Shown here: one piece after another, positions 30,633-44,644 of the stretch
How the letters are laid out: the number at the start of each line of letters is the position of its first letter
Position numbering within the stretch: position 1 is the stretch's first letter
Assembly: GCA_964016885.1 (NCBI GenBank)
Contig: OZ024756.1
Location: 29,760,001-29,824,000 of the forward strand
Reading direction: 5' to 3'
DNA from: Eledone cirrhosa
Lineage: Eukaryota
Length of the DNA stretch: 64,000 bases
Made by a program: the position numbers and the translations under genes
The notes under the pieces: model-generated
Database searches by the model: none
What the model was told of the DNA's origin: nothing
The model's input: only the letters and a program-made list of their open reading frames with translations

Positions 30633-31157
30633 GGTAAGTTGAGGGGATTTTTGAGCAAAGGTGTGTGAGGAGAATACGAGGTGGCGGGATATGGGGAGAG
30701 AAGCTTTGAATGGTGGTGGGGTAGGGGGGAAGGGTGGAAGAAAAGAGTAAGGGTGGGAGGGATTATTGGGATGAGGAAAGAAAGTATGAGGAAAGAAAGA
30801 AAGGCGTGAGAGGAGAAAGAAGAGAGAGAGAGAAGAGAGAGATGAAGAAACGACTTCAGATCTGAAATGGTATTTTAAATTATCGACTTGGACAACTTCA
30901 ATGATAATATCGCCTTCAGAGGGATTCGAACTCAGAATGAACATAACCGGAACCTATACAACACACCATTCCACCCGACGTTCTAACAACTCCGCCATTT
31001 CACGAACAGGCAAAGACGAATCTGTGACTGCGCCAGAATTGGCACTCAAAATACTCAAATACATGTCTAGCTGCCACGGGACGATTTCATTTACGCTCCA
31101 CCGATTGTGGCACATACCTCGCCCCCTTTTAAACGATAATAAGACTACTACTTATAA

Positions 31158-31322
31158 ATGTTTCTACTTTAGGCACAAGGCCAGCAAATACCCAGTGCAT
31201 TACTGGTACTTTATTTTATCGACCCCGTAAGGATGAAAGGCAAAGTCAACCCCGGCGGGATTTGAACTCAGATCGTAAAGGGACGTAACTCTGCTGGAAA
31301 GCATGGCGTCCGACCCTCTACC
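31158..31322 (-). mobile_element. SINE family A with 15-bp target-site duplication
   Basis: GACTACTACTTATAA at 31143-31157 and 31323-31337. Confidence 0.9.
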
Positions 31323-31444
31323 GACTACTACTTATAATAAGGATTATACACACACGCTCACACACACACACTCTCTCTCTCTCACACACACAGACACACA
31401 TACACACACACTCACACTGACACACATACACATGTATTTATATG

Positions 31445-31476
<32 letters not shown>

Positions 31477-31596
31477 TGTGTGTGTATGTGTGTGCGCGCG
31501 TGTGTGTGTGTGTTATGTACATATGTGTACATATGTGTGTATGTGAATATATGTATATATATGTGTGTGTGCGTAGCGTTGAAGCTACCAACGTCA

Positions 31597-31669
<73 letters not shown>

Positions 31670-31670
31670 G

Positions 31671-31701
<31 letters not shown>

Positions 31702-32146
31702 CATACATACATATATATATATATGTATGTATGTACGTATGTATATATGTATATATGTATATATTATGTATATACGTATTTATGTACGTACGGATGTATG
31801 TATATATATATATATATATATATGTATGCATGTCAATATGTGTGTATATGCGTGTGTATATCGAACTAAACCAGGCATTTCCGCATCATCATAGTCAGTG
31901 GAGCGAGTTATATAACATATGGCAGATCCAGATGGTTCTGACATCTTGGAGAAAGATGGCTCATATCTGCTGCCATATGTACCAACTTTAATCTATCTTT
32001 AAATTGACTTTTTCTAATGAGAACATTTTCCTTCAACACATCAACAAACACCGAAAAGAATTTTCACAAAAAGTCTTTTTGTTTGTTTTGAAATTGTATA
32101 AATTTTCTTTTGTAGTCAATTATTATTAATCTCGTTTTCCCTTTCT

Positions 32147-32214
<68 letters not shown>

Positions 32215-32344
32215 CTCTCTCTAACACACACACACACAAATATATATATGTGCGTGTGTGTGTGTGCGCGAGTGTCAGTGTGTGTGTGTATAAGTACACA
32301 CGCATTCAGACATCTCTCTATCTCTCTATCTATTTATCTCACGT

Positions 32345-32413
32345 TTTTATTGTATGTAAACTTCCCCCTTTGTATTTGTCCCCTTCTTTTGTGCCCCTGT
32401 GGCTAATAAAGAA

Positions 32414-32415
<2 letters not shown>
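32345..32415 (+). mobile_element. Tx1/L1 3'-UTR fragment
   Basis: Matches 53115-53178 including GGCTAATAAAGAAA, followed by (TATC)n. Confidence 0.75.
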
Positions 32416-32459
<44 letters not shown>

Positions 32460-32614
32460 ATATATAGATTTTGAGTTTATGTTGGTTGTATACCAACACC
32501 TCAGTATGCAGGCTGGAGCACTCGACGAAGTGCGCAGGTTGGTTTGGTTACTCCGGAGTAGTGTAAAATAAAGTTAAATAAAAGTCAAATGATTAAAATT
32601 TAGCTTCGTTTATT

Positions 32615-32669
32615 ACTGCTATATATATTTCAGTGACAGCCATCTTTGGCTGTGACCTCTTCAGGCAGT
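32615..32669 (-). ncRNA. Type I hammerhead ribozyme (family H)
   Basis: Mirror of 32875-32929. Confidence 0.8.
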
Positions 32670-32874
32670 TTGAATTAGTATGGTATAGACAAGTACATAT
32701 GTTGTTTAGGTGTATAATATTGTCAATACTCTGATATGCCCAGTTCCTTGTTGGGTTGTTAATTCACAGTTCCTCAGTGAATTAACAACCCAACAAGGAA
32801 CTGGGCATATCAGAGTATTGACAATATTATACACCTAAACAACATATGTACTTGTCTATACCATACTAATTCAA

Positions 32875-32929
32875 ACTGCCTGAAGAGGTCACAGCCAAAG
32901 ATGGCTGTCACTGAAATATATATAGCAGT
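32875..32929 (+). ncRNA. Type I hammerhead ribozyme (family H)
   Basis: ACTGC-CTGAAGA-GGTCACAGCCA-AAGA-TGGCTGTCACT-GAAA-T-ATAT-A-TA-GCAGT, immediately followed by AATAAA. Confidence 0.85.
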
Positions 32930-32997
32930 AATAAACGAAGCTAAATTTTAATCATTTGACTTTTATTTAACTTTATTTTATATATATATATATATAT

Positions 32998-33002
32998 AGT
33001 AA

Positions 33003-33078
<76 letters not shown>

Positions 33079-33079
33079 T

Positions 33080-33124
<45 letters not shown>

Positions 33125-33930
33125 GTAGTAGAATGCCAACAATAAACAGCTACAGAGTCAAACTAGATTTAATAACAAAACAGAAAACAACAACAACAAA
33201 ACAAATACTATGAGTGCAGCTGCGTTGAGAGAAGTAACCATAGCAACTCAGCAACAAGATGAGGAACTGCAACAACAGCAAAAAACAAAATGTCTGAAGA
33301 GAAGAAAGATGATAGGAGATGAAGAAGGAGGAGGAGAGGGCGTGAAGAAGGAGGTGATGATGATGATGAAAATAATAAAGAAGATGATGATGATGATAGG
33401 AGGAGGAGGAGAAGGAGGGGGAGAGGGAGAAGAAGAGGGATGAAGTGGATGATGATGTTGATGATGATGAAGAAGAAGAAGAAGAAGAAGAAGAAGAAGA
33501 AGAAGAAGAAGAAGAAGAAGAAGAAGAAGAAGAAGAAGAAGAAGAAGAAGAAGAAGAAGAAGAAGAAGAAGAAGAAGAAGAAGAAGAAGAAGAAGAAGAA
33601 GAAGAAGAAACAAAAGAAGAAAAGAAGAAAAAGAAGAAACAGAAGAAGAAAAAGAAAAGAAGAAAAAGAAAAAAGAAGAATTGAAGAAGAAAAAGAAAGA
33701 AGAAGAAGAAGAAGAAGAAGAAGAAGAAGAAGAAGAAGAAGAAGAAGAAGAAGAAGAAACAAAAGAAGAAAAAGAAGAAAAAGAAGAAACAGAAGAAGAA
33801 AAAGAAAAGAAGAAAAAGAAAAAAGAAGAATTGAAGAAGAAGAAGAAGAAGAAGAAGAAGAAGAAGAAGAAGAAGAAGAAGAAGAAGAAGAAGAAGAAGA
33901 AGAAGAAGAAGAAGAAGAAGAAGAAGAAGC
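32998..33930. repeat. (AGT)n (32998-33131) and (GAA)n polypurine arrays (33470-33930)
   Basis: Directly visible. Confidence 0.95.
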
Positions 33931-34285
33931 CGACGACAACGACGACGACAGAAAAAAAAACAAAAAACAAAACAAAAGAAAACAAACACGAGAAATAAAT
34001 AAAGAAGAAATGAGAGAATTATATATAAATGGTTGCCGAAACTTAAGAAATGAACCACAAAATGGTTGCGCTTTAAAAATATATAAACTTACAACGGCAG
34101 GTATTTATTGTCTGTCTGAGATGGGGTTATTACGATGATAACAATGGTGGATTGTTGCCTGTAGCTGGTTAGCAAGATGGCAGAGATGGCATTGTGATAT
34201 ATTATACAGAGTGGACAGTTTACAGATATTAACCTGGTGCTGTACGAGTGGCTTCCGTTTACTAACGAGTTTTATAAATGTCTGT

Positions 34286-34328
<43 letters not shown>

Positions 34329-34510
34329 CGGTGAATTGGTAGTATCGGTAGAGGGTTGGACGCCATGCTTTCTAGCATAGTTACGTCCCTTTACAGTCTG
34401 AGTTCAAATCCCGCCGAGGTTAACTTTGCCTTTCATCCTTACGGGGTCGATAAAATAAAGTACCAGTAATGTACTGGGTAATTGCTGGCCTTGTGCCAAA
34501 TGTAGAAACA
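34329..34510 (+). mobile_element. tRNA-derived SINE family A
   Basis: TGGTAGTATCGG A-box-like motif and GAGTTCAAATCC B box on the plus strand. Confidence 0.85.
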
Positions 34511-34525
34511 ATATATATATATATA

Positions 34526-34728
34526 TAGGAAAATGTATGACCCCGACGGCAGAGCTCAAGTCGTTTCGACGGCTATTTCTGGACTCCAGAAATAGCCGTC
34601 GAAACAGCTTGAGCTCTGCCTTCGGGGTCATACATTTTTCTATTACCCACTCTACTACCCTAAGTCCCTAAGTATTGAGTACTCTGGTGCGTTATGGTCC
34701 ATCTGGTTCCTTACCACAACTCCTTCGT
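34526..34728 (+). mobile_element. Fold-back PLE-like family B
   Basis: Palindrome centred on TCTGGACTCCAGA (~34584). Confidence 0.8.
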
Positions 34729-34739
34729 CACACACACAC

Positions 34740-34770
<31 letters not shown>

Positions 34771-34786
34771 CATATTATGTACGTAT

Positions 34787-34910
<124 letters not shown>

Positions 34911-34986
34911 TATACATATATACATATATGTACATACACACACACACACACACATATAAATAAATATATATATATAATATATATAT

Positions 34987-35258
34987 AATTGTCTCCACAT
35001 TTGACACAAGGCCAGCAATTACCCAGTGCATTACTGGTACTTTATTTTATCGACCCCGCAAGGATGAAAGGCAAAGTCAACCTCGGCGGGATTTGAACTC
35101 AGATCGTAAAGGGACGTAACTATGCTGGAAAGCATGGCGTCCAACCCTCTACCGATACTGCCAATCCACCGCCCTCTGCCAATGTATATATAATTGTTTC
35201 TACTTTAGGCACAAGGCCAGCAATTACCCAGTGCATTACTGGTACTTTATTTTATCGG
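34987..35258 (-). mobile_element. SINE family A, full copy plus tandem partial copy
   Basis: Conserved core repeated. Confidence 0.85.
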
Positions 35259-35544
35259 GTTGCAAACTGTGCTAAGAGTATTACAATCGCTTTTCAGATT
35301 ACAGAAAATGGTACACTTTTAGGGTACGGCTAGCCACACAAACCTGTAACATATCCTGAACAAGGAATCCCTGTACTTTGAATGTTTTTTAAGTGGGGAA
35401 AGGCCTTGCCACTCGACCAATCCCACTCTCTGAGCATCGAAAACACTACTCGAAAACGAGAACTGGTCAACATCATCGGATGCTTTCGAAGCCGCAGGAT
35501 TTTTTCAGAGATTCCCCCTCTTAGAAAGGTGTTGTGACAGCAAT

Positions 35545-35633
<89 letters not shown>

Positions 35634-35643
35634 GACACACACA

Positions 35644-35678
<35 letters not shown>

Positions 35679-35898
35679 GAATAATCGAGTATCGAAAAAT
35701 CGGCACACGAGTTCACGATAAACAAATTCGACATGAGTGGCAGTGGGCTCAATAATTCAGATAAATCAGAGCTATAACTATCGTTAAAATACCAACACAC
35801 AAAGATTATGTCTAAAATCACCCATACGACCGAAAAATTACGATCAGGAAGATTCGGGTCACTCAGATAAAATATCAATAAATCAATAAATCATATGA

Positions 35899-35993
<95 letters not shown>

Positions 35994-36027
35994 ATTTCAG
36001 AGAACCAATCCTAATATATATATACGT

Positions 36028-36200
36028 TTATCACAGTAAGTAAGGTACTCAATACATAGCAGAGAATAAATATTTAATACAGATATGGCTTCTACAGGAC
36101 TAGAACTGTTTCATTCGGGAGAAATCATCAGGGCTCCCGAATGATTTCTCCCGAATGAAACAGGTCTGTCTAGTCCGGTAGAAGCCATTTCTATATTATA
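36028..36200 (-). mobile_element. Family D fold-back copy with hammerhead core
   Basis: Minus strand CTGATGA-TTTC-TCCC-GAAT-GAAA-CAG..CTG-TA; stem I disrupted at the apex. Confidence 0.7.
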
Positions 36201-36310
36201 AATATATATATAAAACTTTGAAGGAATTTCGCCAGTCCGGCCTTTTGTCATTTTACACAATGATATATATATATATATAGAAGTGGTTACACAACAGTTA
36301 GTTCACCATA

Positions 36311-36350
36311 CCGAGAACAATTGTTTCACCTTCGCGGATCTTCAGCTCGG
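36311..36350 (-). ncRNA. Minimal hammerhead ribozyme (family C)
   Basis: CCGAG-CTGAAGA-TCC-GCGAA-GGT-GAAA-C-AATT-G-TT-CTCGG. Confidence 0.8.
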
Positions 36351-36957
36351 GATGTGTATGGTTATAGGAACAGGAAAGACAATACACTTGTGTGTGTCCA
36401 TGTGTGTGTGTCTATGTGATATTATCAACTCCCTGTACAAAAAATATCAAATGAAACACACCTGCACGTTTTCATCATTAATTTCCTGATAAATTAAAAA
36501 AGTTATGATTTCTGGTGTTACAAAAACATTTTTTTGTTGGGGAGGGGTCGTTGAGGTGGTGGTGGTGGTGTTTGTGGTGTCTTTTTTGGTAGAGGTGTTT
36601 GTGGTGGTGGTGTTTGTTTTTCTTGCTGATGTTGTTGTCATTTGTTACATTTATTCATACATTTGGAGATTGATGACATCCCCTATGCTGGCTCAACGTA
36701 ATTACAGCAACAACGACAACAACAAAAATACCAACTTCAACAACAACAATAATAATAGCTACAACAACAACAACAACAACAACTACAACAAGAAAAAAAA
36801 ATAACAACAACTACAAAAATAATAACTACAATAACTACAACAATAACAACAACAGCAATAATTGTTTCTACTTTAGGCACAAGGCCAGCAATTCCTCAAA
36901 AGCATAGACCTCCGAGGGCTGCTCGTGGAGAAAGCCCACAAGAAAAGCGACGGTTAC

Positions 36958-37031
36958 CCTGAAGGCTAGGGCAAATGGCCTCTTCCAGTTTTCCTCCTAC
37001 AATGCTACTATTTTTTTGTTTGTAATCACAA
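36958..37031 (-). CDS. Candidate 74-nt coding exon of an unknown host gene
   Basis: Acceptor TTTTCTCATTTTCTTGCAG, donor G|GTAACC; only one frame open ([24 protein letters not shown]). Confidence 0.25.
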
Positions 37032-37096
37032 CTGCAAGAAAATGAGAAAAAGATGGAAGTATTAAACAACAACAAATTTACAGTCAAAGCAATGTA

Positions 37097-37184
<88 letters not shown>

Positions 37185-37247
37185 AAACTATATATGTGTG
37201 CATGTGTGTGTATATAGATATATTTATAAAACTATATATATATGTGC

Positions 37248-37284
<37 letters not shown>

Positions 37285-37348
37285 AAACTATATATATGTG
37301 CATGTGTGTGTGTATATATATATATTTATAAAACTATATATATGTGCA

Positions 37349-37398
<50 letters not shown>

Positions 37399-37443
37399 TA
37401 ATAATAATAAATTATATATATATATATGCATATGTATATATAG

Positions 37444-37501
<58 letters not shown>

Positions 37502-37517
37502 TACATTGCTTTGACTG

Positions 37518-37564
<47 letters not shown>

Positions 37565-38071
37565 TACGTATGAGCAACACAAAAAATCAATTACGCAAAA
37601 TGGCGGTGGATCATAAAAGTTTGAAACCTCAAAGTTTAATTTAGTGAATATAACGAAATAATTTCAATATCATTTACACGGCTTTGATGAAGAAATAGCC
37701 ATTCATTCATTCATTCACTTTCTCACTCATTCACTCATTCACTTCTTCGCTCCTTCACCCCCTCCCTTCTCACTGATTTATTTATTCGTTTATTTATTAA
37801 TTTTATTTATTAATTTATTCAATCCTTTATTAATAATTTCTGAATCCATTCAACGAATCAATCATTTCGTAATTTTTTCTGATAAAAAATTTCGTCTAAA
37901 CTGTGATACGTTGAAAATGCTTCTGTCATGTCCTTCAACAATCCACCTCTAACACCAAGGATTTCTGAACAGACTAATGAAGCTGACCACGTGTGTTGAT
38001 GGGAGTTGGCCTTTAGAGTAATAGTTCCCAAGCGTATTTTATTATGGAACAGTTCGATGATTTAATAACAA

Positions 38072-38450
38072 TAATTGTTTCTACTTTAGGCACATGGCCA
38101 GCAATTATCCCAGTGCATTACTGGTACCATATTTTATCGACCCCGTAAGGATGAAAGGCTAAGTTAACCGCGGCGGAATTTAAACTCAAAGCGTAAAGGG
38201 CCGTAACTCTATGCTGCAAAGCATGACGTCCGACCCTCTACCGTTACTTCCAATCCACCGTCCTGATTTAATAATAATTGTTTCTACTTTTGGCACAAGG
38301 CCAGCAATTATCCCAGTGCATTACTGGTACCATATTTTATCGACCCCATAAGGATGAAAGGCAAAGTTAACCTCGGCGGGATTTGAACGCAGTCCGTAAA
38401 GGGACGTAACTGTGCTGCAAAGCATGGCGTCCGACCCTCTACCGTTACTT
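38072..38450 (-). mobile_element. Two tandem SINE family A copies
   Basis: 38072-38262 and 38275-38450; TGATTTAATAA flanks the first copy on both sides. Confidence 0.85.
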
Positions 38451-38757
38451 CAACAGCTACGAAATTTAGTAGATAAATTATGTAATATTCATTCATTATT
38501 TATTCAAAGTAATCCGACTTATTTTACTAACGGGAAAAAAAAAATATTCAGGACACAGTCCCGCACTCCTCCCTTTATTATATTATGATTTCAGTGAAAG
38601 ATTAAATGAAACATGGCGCCGAATTGGCAGAGTTGTTAAAACGTCATTATTCGTCACTGTTCGTCCTTATGCTCCGGGTTTTACAATTCTGCCAATGTCA
38701 AATTTAAGTTTTAAAAGGTCTGCGTAAAAAAAAAAAAAAAAATAATAATAATAATAA

Positions 38758-38922
38758 TAATTGTTTCTACTTTTGGCACAAGGCCAGCAAATACCTAGTG
38801 TATTACTGGTACTTTATTTGATCGACCCCGTAAGGATGAAAGGCAAAGTTAACCTCGGCGGGATTTGAACTCAGAATGGCAAGGGCCGTAACTCTATGCG
38901 TCAAAGCATGGCGTCCGACCCT
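38758..38922 (-). mobile_element. SINE family A
   Basis: Core and B box; (AAT)n flank. Confidence 0.85.
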
Positions 38923-39217
38923 CTTAATAATCTTACACTGTTACCTATGTTCACATTGTCATAAGGTATGCTTGTCACATACAAGCCTGAAATCCCATTT
39001 AATATCGCATGATAGAAACCAATTTACATCTGTACTGAAAACAGTAATTTATATGTCAAAATTACTACAAAAGATGCAAATCATCCGGTGGCCTTATGGA
39101 GCATTATGGGGTGGGGATTATAAAAGATGTCTAGGTTCTAGTAGAGATCTTTAGTCCATAATTGGCTTTGTCTTAATGAGTGCATTATTTACGAGTTTGG
39201 AATTCGATGTTCTTAAT

Positions 39218-39337
39218 GATCTGAGTTCAGATCCCGCCGAGGTTAACTTTGCCTTTCATCCTTACGAGGTCGATAAAATAAAGTACCAGTAATACACTGG
39301 AATATTTGCTGGCCTTGTGCCAAAGGTAGAAACAATT
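39218..39337 (+). mobile_element. SINE family A, 5'-truncated
   Basis: GAGTTCAGATCCCGCCGAGGTTAACTTTGCC... Confidence 0.8.
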
Positions 39338-39485
39338 ATTTGCGTGTAGGGACATTCAATAATTATTTTACATTTGTTCTAGATATATCTAGATATGTGA
39401 AGGCGCATGGCTTAGTGGTTAGGGCATTGATGGTGGTGGGGGAGCTGCTGATGATGATAGTAGTGGTGGGGGACAATGGTGGTAT

Positions 39486-39520
<35 letters not shown>

Positions 39521-39974
39521 GCAATGGTGATGAAGAAGGGGATGATGTTCGTGGTAGTGGTGGTGGTGGTTAGTAGAGAAGAAGAAGAAGAAGAAGAAGA
39601 AGGAGGAGGAGGAGGAGGAGAAACAAAAGAAGAAAAAGAAGAAACAGAAGAAGAAAAAGAAAAGAAGAAAAAGAAAAAAAGAAGAAATGAGAAGAAAAAG
39701 AAAAAGAAGGAAAAGAAGAAACAGGAGAGAGAAAAATAAAAAGTAAATAAAAAAGAAAAAGAGAAGAAAAAGAAGAAGAAATAGAGAAGAAGAGGAAAAA
39801 GAAGAATGTATAGGGTGAATGTAAAATCAGAGAATAAGGTGAATAAGCACCTTTCATTAATGAGATATGTATATGGCTTAGAATTACAGGTAAAAGTTAA
39901 TGAAGATATAATTACAGGTGAAATAGAGGGGATATTAAAAAGAACAGCATTTATATCCTCCCCCTCCTCAAGTT

Positions 39975-40500
39975 ACACCACTACCACCACCACCACCTTC
40001 GTCGTCATCATCATTAGTAACACTGCCAACACCACCACCACCCTACTACTATCATCGTCTTCAATAATACCACCACCACCACCACTACTACTACCACAAC
40101 CACCACCACCACCACCACCACCACCACCACTACTACTACCACCACCACCACCACCACCAACCACAACACACCACCACCCCAACCACCACCACCACCACTA
40201 CTACTACCACCACCACCACCCCCAACACACCACCACCACCACCCCAACCACTACCACCACCACTACCACCACCACCATTACCACCACCACCACCACCACC
40301 AACCACAACACATCACCCCACCCCAACCACCACCACCACCACCACCACCACCACTACTACTACCACCACCACCAACCCCAACACACCACCACCACCACCC
40401 CAACCACTACCACCACCACCACTACCACCACCACCACCACCACCAACCACAACACATCACCCCACCCCAACTACCACCACCACCACCACTGCCACCATGA
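39975..40500. repeat. (ACC)n degenerate array
   Basis: Directly visible. Confidence 0.9.
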
Positions 40501-40852
40501 AACTATAGAAACCATTATTTTGGCGCCAATACGACTGTTTCGTATGTGTGTGTGTATATATGTGTGTATGTGTGTGAGATAGAGAATAAGCGTATGTATG
40601 TGTATCTCTATATGTATTTGAGTGTGTATGTGAGTGCATATGTGTGTAGGAGAGAGAAGAAAAGTGCGAGCGTGTATATGTGTATATGTATATGTATATG
40701 AATATGAGTATGTGTATATCTATTTGAATGTGAGTGTGTGTGTAGGAGAGAGAAAAAGAGAGTGAGTGTATATGTATGTGTATATATGTATGAGTATATA
40801 TGTATGTGTATATATGTATGTGTATATATGTATGTGTATATGTGTATGTGTC

Positions 40853-40883
<31 letters not shown>

Positions 40884-41226
40884 AGAAGAGAGAGAAAAAG
40901 AACATGTGTATATGTATATGTATTTGAGAATGTGTATGTGCGTGTAGGAGAGAGAAAAAGAGAGCGAGTGTATATATGTATTTGTATATATGTATATGTT
41001 TATGTATATGTATGTGTATATATGTAGGTGTATATATTTATATGTGTATGTGTATGTATTTATGTATGTGCGTATGTGCGTGTAGGAGAGAGAAAAAGAG
41101 AGCGAGTGTATATATGTATTTGTATATATGTATATGTTTATGTATCTGTATTTGTGTAGGTGTATATATTTATATGTTTATGTGTATGTATTTATGTATG
41201 TGAGTGAGTGAGTGTGTGTGTGTGTG

Positions 41227-41268
<42 letters not shown>

Positions 41269-41490
41269 GCTTCTTTCTGTATAATTTGCTGTTAGTGATT
41301 ATGTTGTTATTGGTGTTCCTGTTGTTTATGAAAATGTCATTAGTTAATTCAGTTGTAATTAATCCTTTAATAATTAACCCGCCCGCCCTCCCCTAACCAA
41401 CTCTTTTCTTCTCCAGCATTTCATGGTGGACAATTAAGATGTCACAGAAAGAAGAAAACACAGGACAAGCGATGCCGCACCCATAATATA

Positions 41491-41523
<33 letters not shown>

Positions 41524-42950
41524 GATGTTGCTGCTGATGCTGCTGATAGTAATGGTGGTGGTAGTGGTGGTAATGATAGTGGTGGTTTGATGGTGGTAGT
41601 AATGGTGGTGGTAGTGGTGGTGGTGGTAGTGGTGGTGGTGGTGGTGGTGGTGGTAGTGATGGTTGTGGTGGTGGTAGTATTTCTGGTGGTAGTAATGGTG
41701 GTGGTAGTGGTGGTGGTGGTGGTGGTGGTGGTGGTGGTTGTGGTAGTGATGGTGGTGGTGGTGGTAGTATTGCTGGTGGTAGTAATGGTGGTGGTAGTGA
41801 TGCTAATGATAGTGGTGGTTTGATGGTGGTAGTAATGGTGGTGGTAGTGGTGGTGGTGGTAGTGGTGGTGGTGGTGGTGGTGGTGGTAGTGATGGTTGTG
41901 GTGGTGGTAGTATTGCTGGTGGTAGTAATGGTGGTGGTAGTAATGGTGGTGGTAGTGATGCTAATGATAGTGGTGGTTTGATGGTGGTAGTAATGGTGGT
42001 GGTAGTGGTGGTGGTGGTAGTGGTGGTGGTGGTGGTGGTGATGGTGGTGGTGGTTGTGGTGGTGGTGGTGGTGGTGGTGGTGGTGGTGGTGGTGGTGGTG
42101 GTGGTGGTTGCTGTGGTGGTGGTGGTTGTGATAGTGGTGGTTGTGTTGGTGGTAGTGTTAGTGGTGGTAGTAATGGTGATGGTGGTGGTTGTTGTGGTGG
42201 TGGTGGTTGTGATAGTGGTGGTTGTGTTTGTGGTAGTGTTAGTGGTGGTAGTAATGGTGATGGTGGTGGTTGTTGTGGTGGTGGTGGTTGTGATAGTGGT
42301 GGTTGTGTTGGTGGTAGTGTTAGTGGTGGTAGTAATGGTGATGGTGGTGGTTGTTGTGGTGGTGGTGGTTGTGATAGTGGTGGTTGTGTTGGTGGTAGTG
42401 TTAGTGGTGGTAGTAATGGTGATGGTGGTGGTTGTTGTGGTGGTGGTGGTTGTGATAGTGGTGGTTGTGTTGGTGGTAGTGTTAGTGGTGGTAGTAATGG
42501 TGATGGTGGTGGTTGTTATGGTGGTGGTTGTTGTGTTAGTGGTGGTTGTGTTGGTGGTAGTGTTAGTGGTGGTAGTAATGGTGATGGTGGTGGTTGTTGT
42601 GGTGGTGGTGGTTGTGATAGTGGTGGTTGTGTTGGTGGTAGTGTTAGTGGTGGTAGTAATGGTGATGGTGGTGGTTGTGTTGGTGGTAATGTTAGTGGTG
42701 GTAGTAGTGGTGATGGTGGTGGTTGTTGTGGTGGTGGTGGTTGTGATAGTGGTGGTTGTGTTGGTGGTAGTGTTAGTGGTGGTAGTAATGGTGATGGTGG
42801 TGGTTGCTGTGGTGGCGGTGGTTGTGATAGTGGTGGTTGTGTTGGTAGTAGTGTTAGTGGTGGTAGAAATGGTGGTGGTGGTAGTAATCGCGGTGGTGGT
42901 GGGGGTGGTAGTAATGGTGGTGGTGGTGGTTGTGATGGTTTTGGTGGGGT
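41491..42950. repeat. (GGT)-based array with 81-bp higher-order unit
   Basis: GTGATAGTGG.. recurs at 42128, 42209, 42290, 42371 and 42452. Confidence 0.9.
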
Positions 42951-43230
42951 GACGTTGGGGAAAATGGTGTTGTTGATGTTGGTGTTGCTATTGTTGTTGC
43001 TGTTGTTGTTGATGGTGGTGGCGGTGGAGTTGCTGTACGCTCTCTAGAGAAGGAAGAAAAAAAAGACAGGTATTTGATTAACAGAGGGAAAATTCCTATA
43101 GGGAAAACAATTTTAATTTGTGTGCGTGTGTGTGCATGCATGGATATATGTGTGTAGGTATATATATATATATATGTATTTGTATGTATATATGTCCATG
43201 TATATGTGTATAATTGTATGTGTATATATC

Positions 43231-43261
<31 letters not shown>

Positions 43262-43334
43262 CTTATGTGTGTGTGTATGTGTGTATATATGTAATTTGAA
43301 AGTGTCACATACATCATACGTCACTCGTGTTTGC

Positions 43335-43429
<95 letters not shown>

Positions 43430-43478
43430 AAGTTATATAGTTATCTTCACTAATTAGATGACGAAAAGGGATGTGTAC

Positions 43479-43548
<70 letters not shown>

Positions 43549-43656
43549 GTATTTAAAAGGTAAACAGAAATAACAACACAATCGGTACAGTATATGGAAG
43601 GTATATATTAGGTTAACGCTTGATATAGCAGGAAATATATATATATATATATATAA

Positions 43657-43920
43657 GAAAAATGGAGTGCTGCGTGGTTGCACATGGGTTACATATGAAT
43701 AAAATTAGTCCTTCATCAGTGATCTTCCAACCTTCATTGGTATTTCATCGCTTTAAAAATCATATACCTCTGGTTGGTGCGAGCAATAACTAAATAAAGT
43801 TATTGGGACAAATAAAATAGGGTGAAGCGAGCGAGACATGTCAAAAAACAAAGATGGTATTGCAACGGAAAGATAGGAAGACACAAGTACATGATATCTG
43901 TAAGCTTAAGCTTGGTGAAG
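43657..43920 (-). mobile_element. PLE-like family A fragment
   Basis: Homologous to 2973-3116 and 27405-27700. Confidence 0.6.
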
Positions 43921-44189
43921 TCATGGACGAGAGATACAGACCATCCGACATGGGTGAGATGTGAGCGAGAAAAGGATTTCACACAGGTCAAACGGGAGGA
44001 AGTGAGAGAAGGGGTGAATCAGAGAGTGAGTGAGTGGAAGTGTGAGGAAGAGGCCAGCTGAGAGAGAGTGCGACTGGCAGAGGGGGTAAAAAGAAGGTGA
44101 GAGATACAGTGAGAGGGGAAGCAGTAAGAAAGAAACAGACAATCGCAGCTGAGGAAAAAATATAAATATAAGAAAAATGGAGTGCTTTG

Positions 44190-44583
44190 TTGGTTCACCA
44201 CTGGATAGAACTGGTCATTCCGTATGGTCAACCTCGATGTAATATTATGGAGAGCACTCAACGTAATGCAAGTCACCCGTTTTCGTTTGTGTAGTTGGTG
44301 GTGCGAGTACGGAGTTAATTATTATAAAATAACAGGAGGTTGGACTGGTGTAATTCCTTAAAAGTCTTGAGGGCGGCCGACCGGAGTAGAAGCTTCTAAA
44401 TTTTCAGTCGCCCTCATGTCTTGATTTTCAGCCCCATGGAATTTGTCTATTATATTCCTTTGTTATATTTCCAATACCTGATGATGTCACCGGATTCATA
44501 CTTAACCCGGTCATTGAGATGATCATAGTATAATAAACCTTTTAAGGAATTACACCAGTCCAGCCTCCTGTTATTTTATATAA
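44190..44583. mobile_element. Fold-back PLE-like family N with hammerhead at 44474-44531 (GAAA>GAGA)
   Basis: ATAC-CTGATGA-..ACCGG..CCGGT..-GAGA-T-GATC-A-TA-GTAT; arms ~44321-44365/44539-44582. Confidence 0.7.
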
Positions 44584-44644
44584 TATATATATATATATAT
44601 ATATATTTATCCACCGAACCTCCAACCGTCAAGGTTGTTCTTCG

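Larger units (their letters stand above)
32467..32980. mobile_element. Fold-back PLE-like family H with ~203-bp apparently identical arms
   Basis: Arms 32565-32767/32777-32979, 9-bp spacer; 3' tail with GTCGAGTGC on the minus strand. Confidence 0.85.

Noticed and set aside
33150-34138. Poly-K/E/R/S ORFs
   Set aside because: (GAA)n microsatellite
34085-34175. Possible further minus-strand exon ending at GTAAGT
   Set aside because: The only open phase is incompatible with the upstream candidate exon, and the acceptor is weak
34329-34415. tRNA gene (A and B boxes)
   Set aside because: SINE head: continues into the conserved SINE body and does not form a cloverleaf
41390-41490. Strong plus-strand acceptor (CTAAC...TTTTCTTCTCCAG)
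   Set aside because: No convincing donor or recognisable peptide; runs into simple repeats
41978-42952. Poly-Val ORF with 27-aa repeat
   Set aside because: Higher-order GGT satellite; the frame is open by composition
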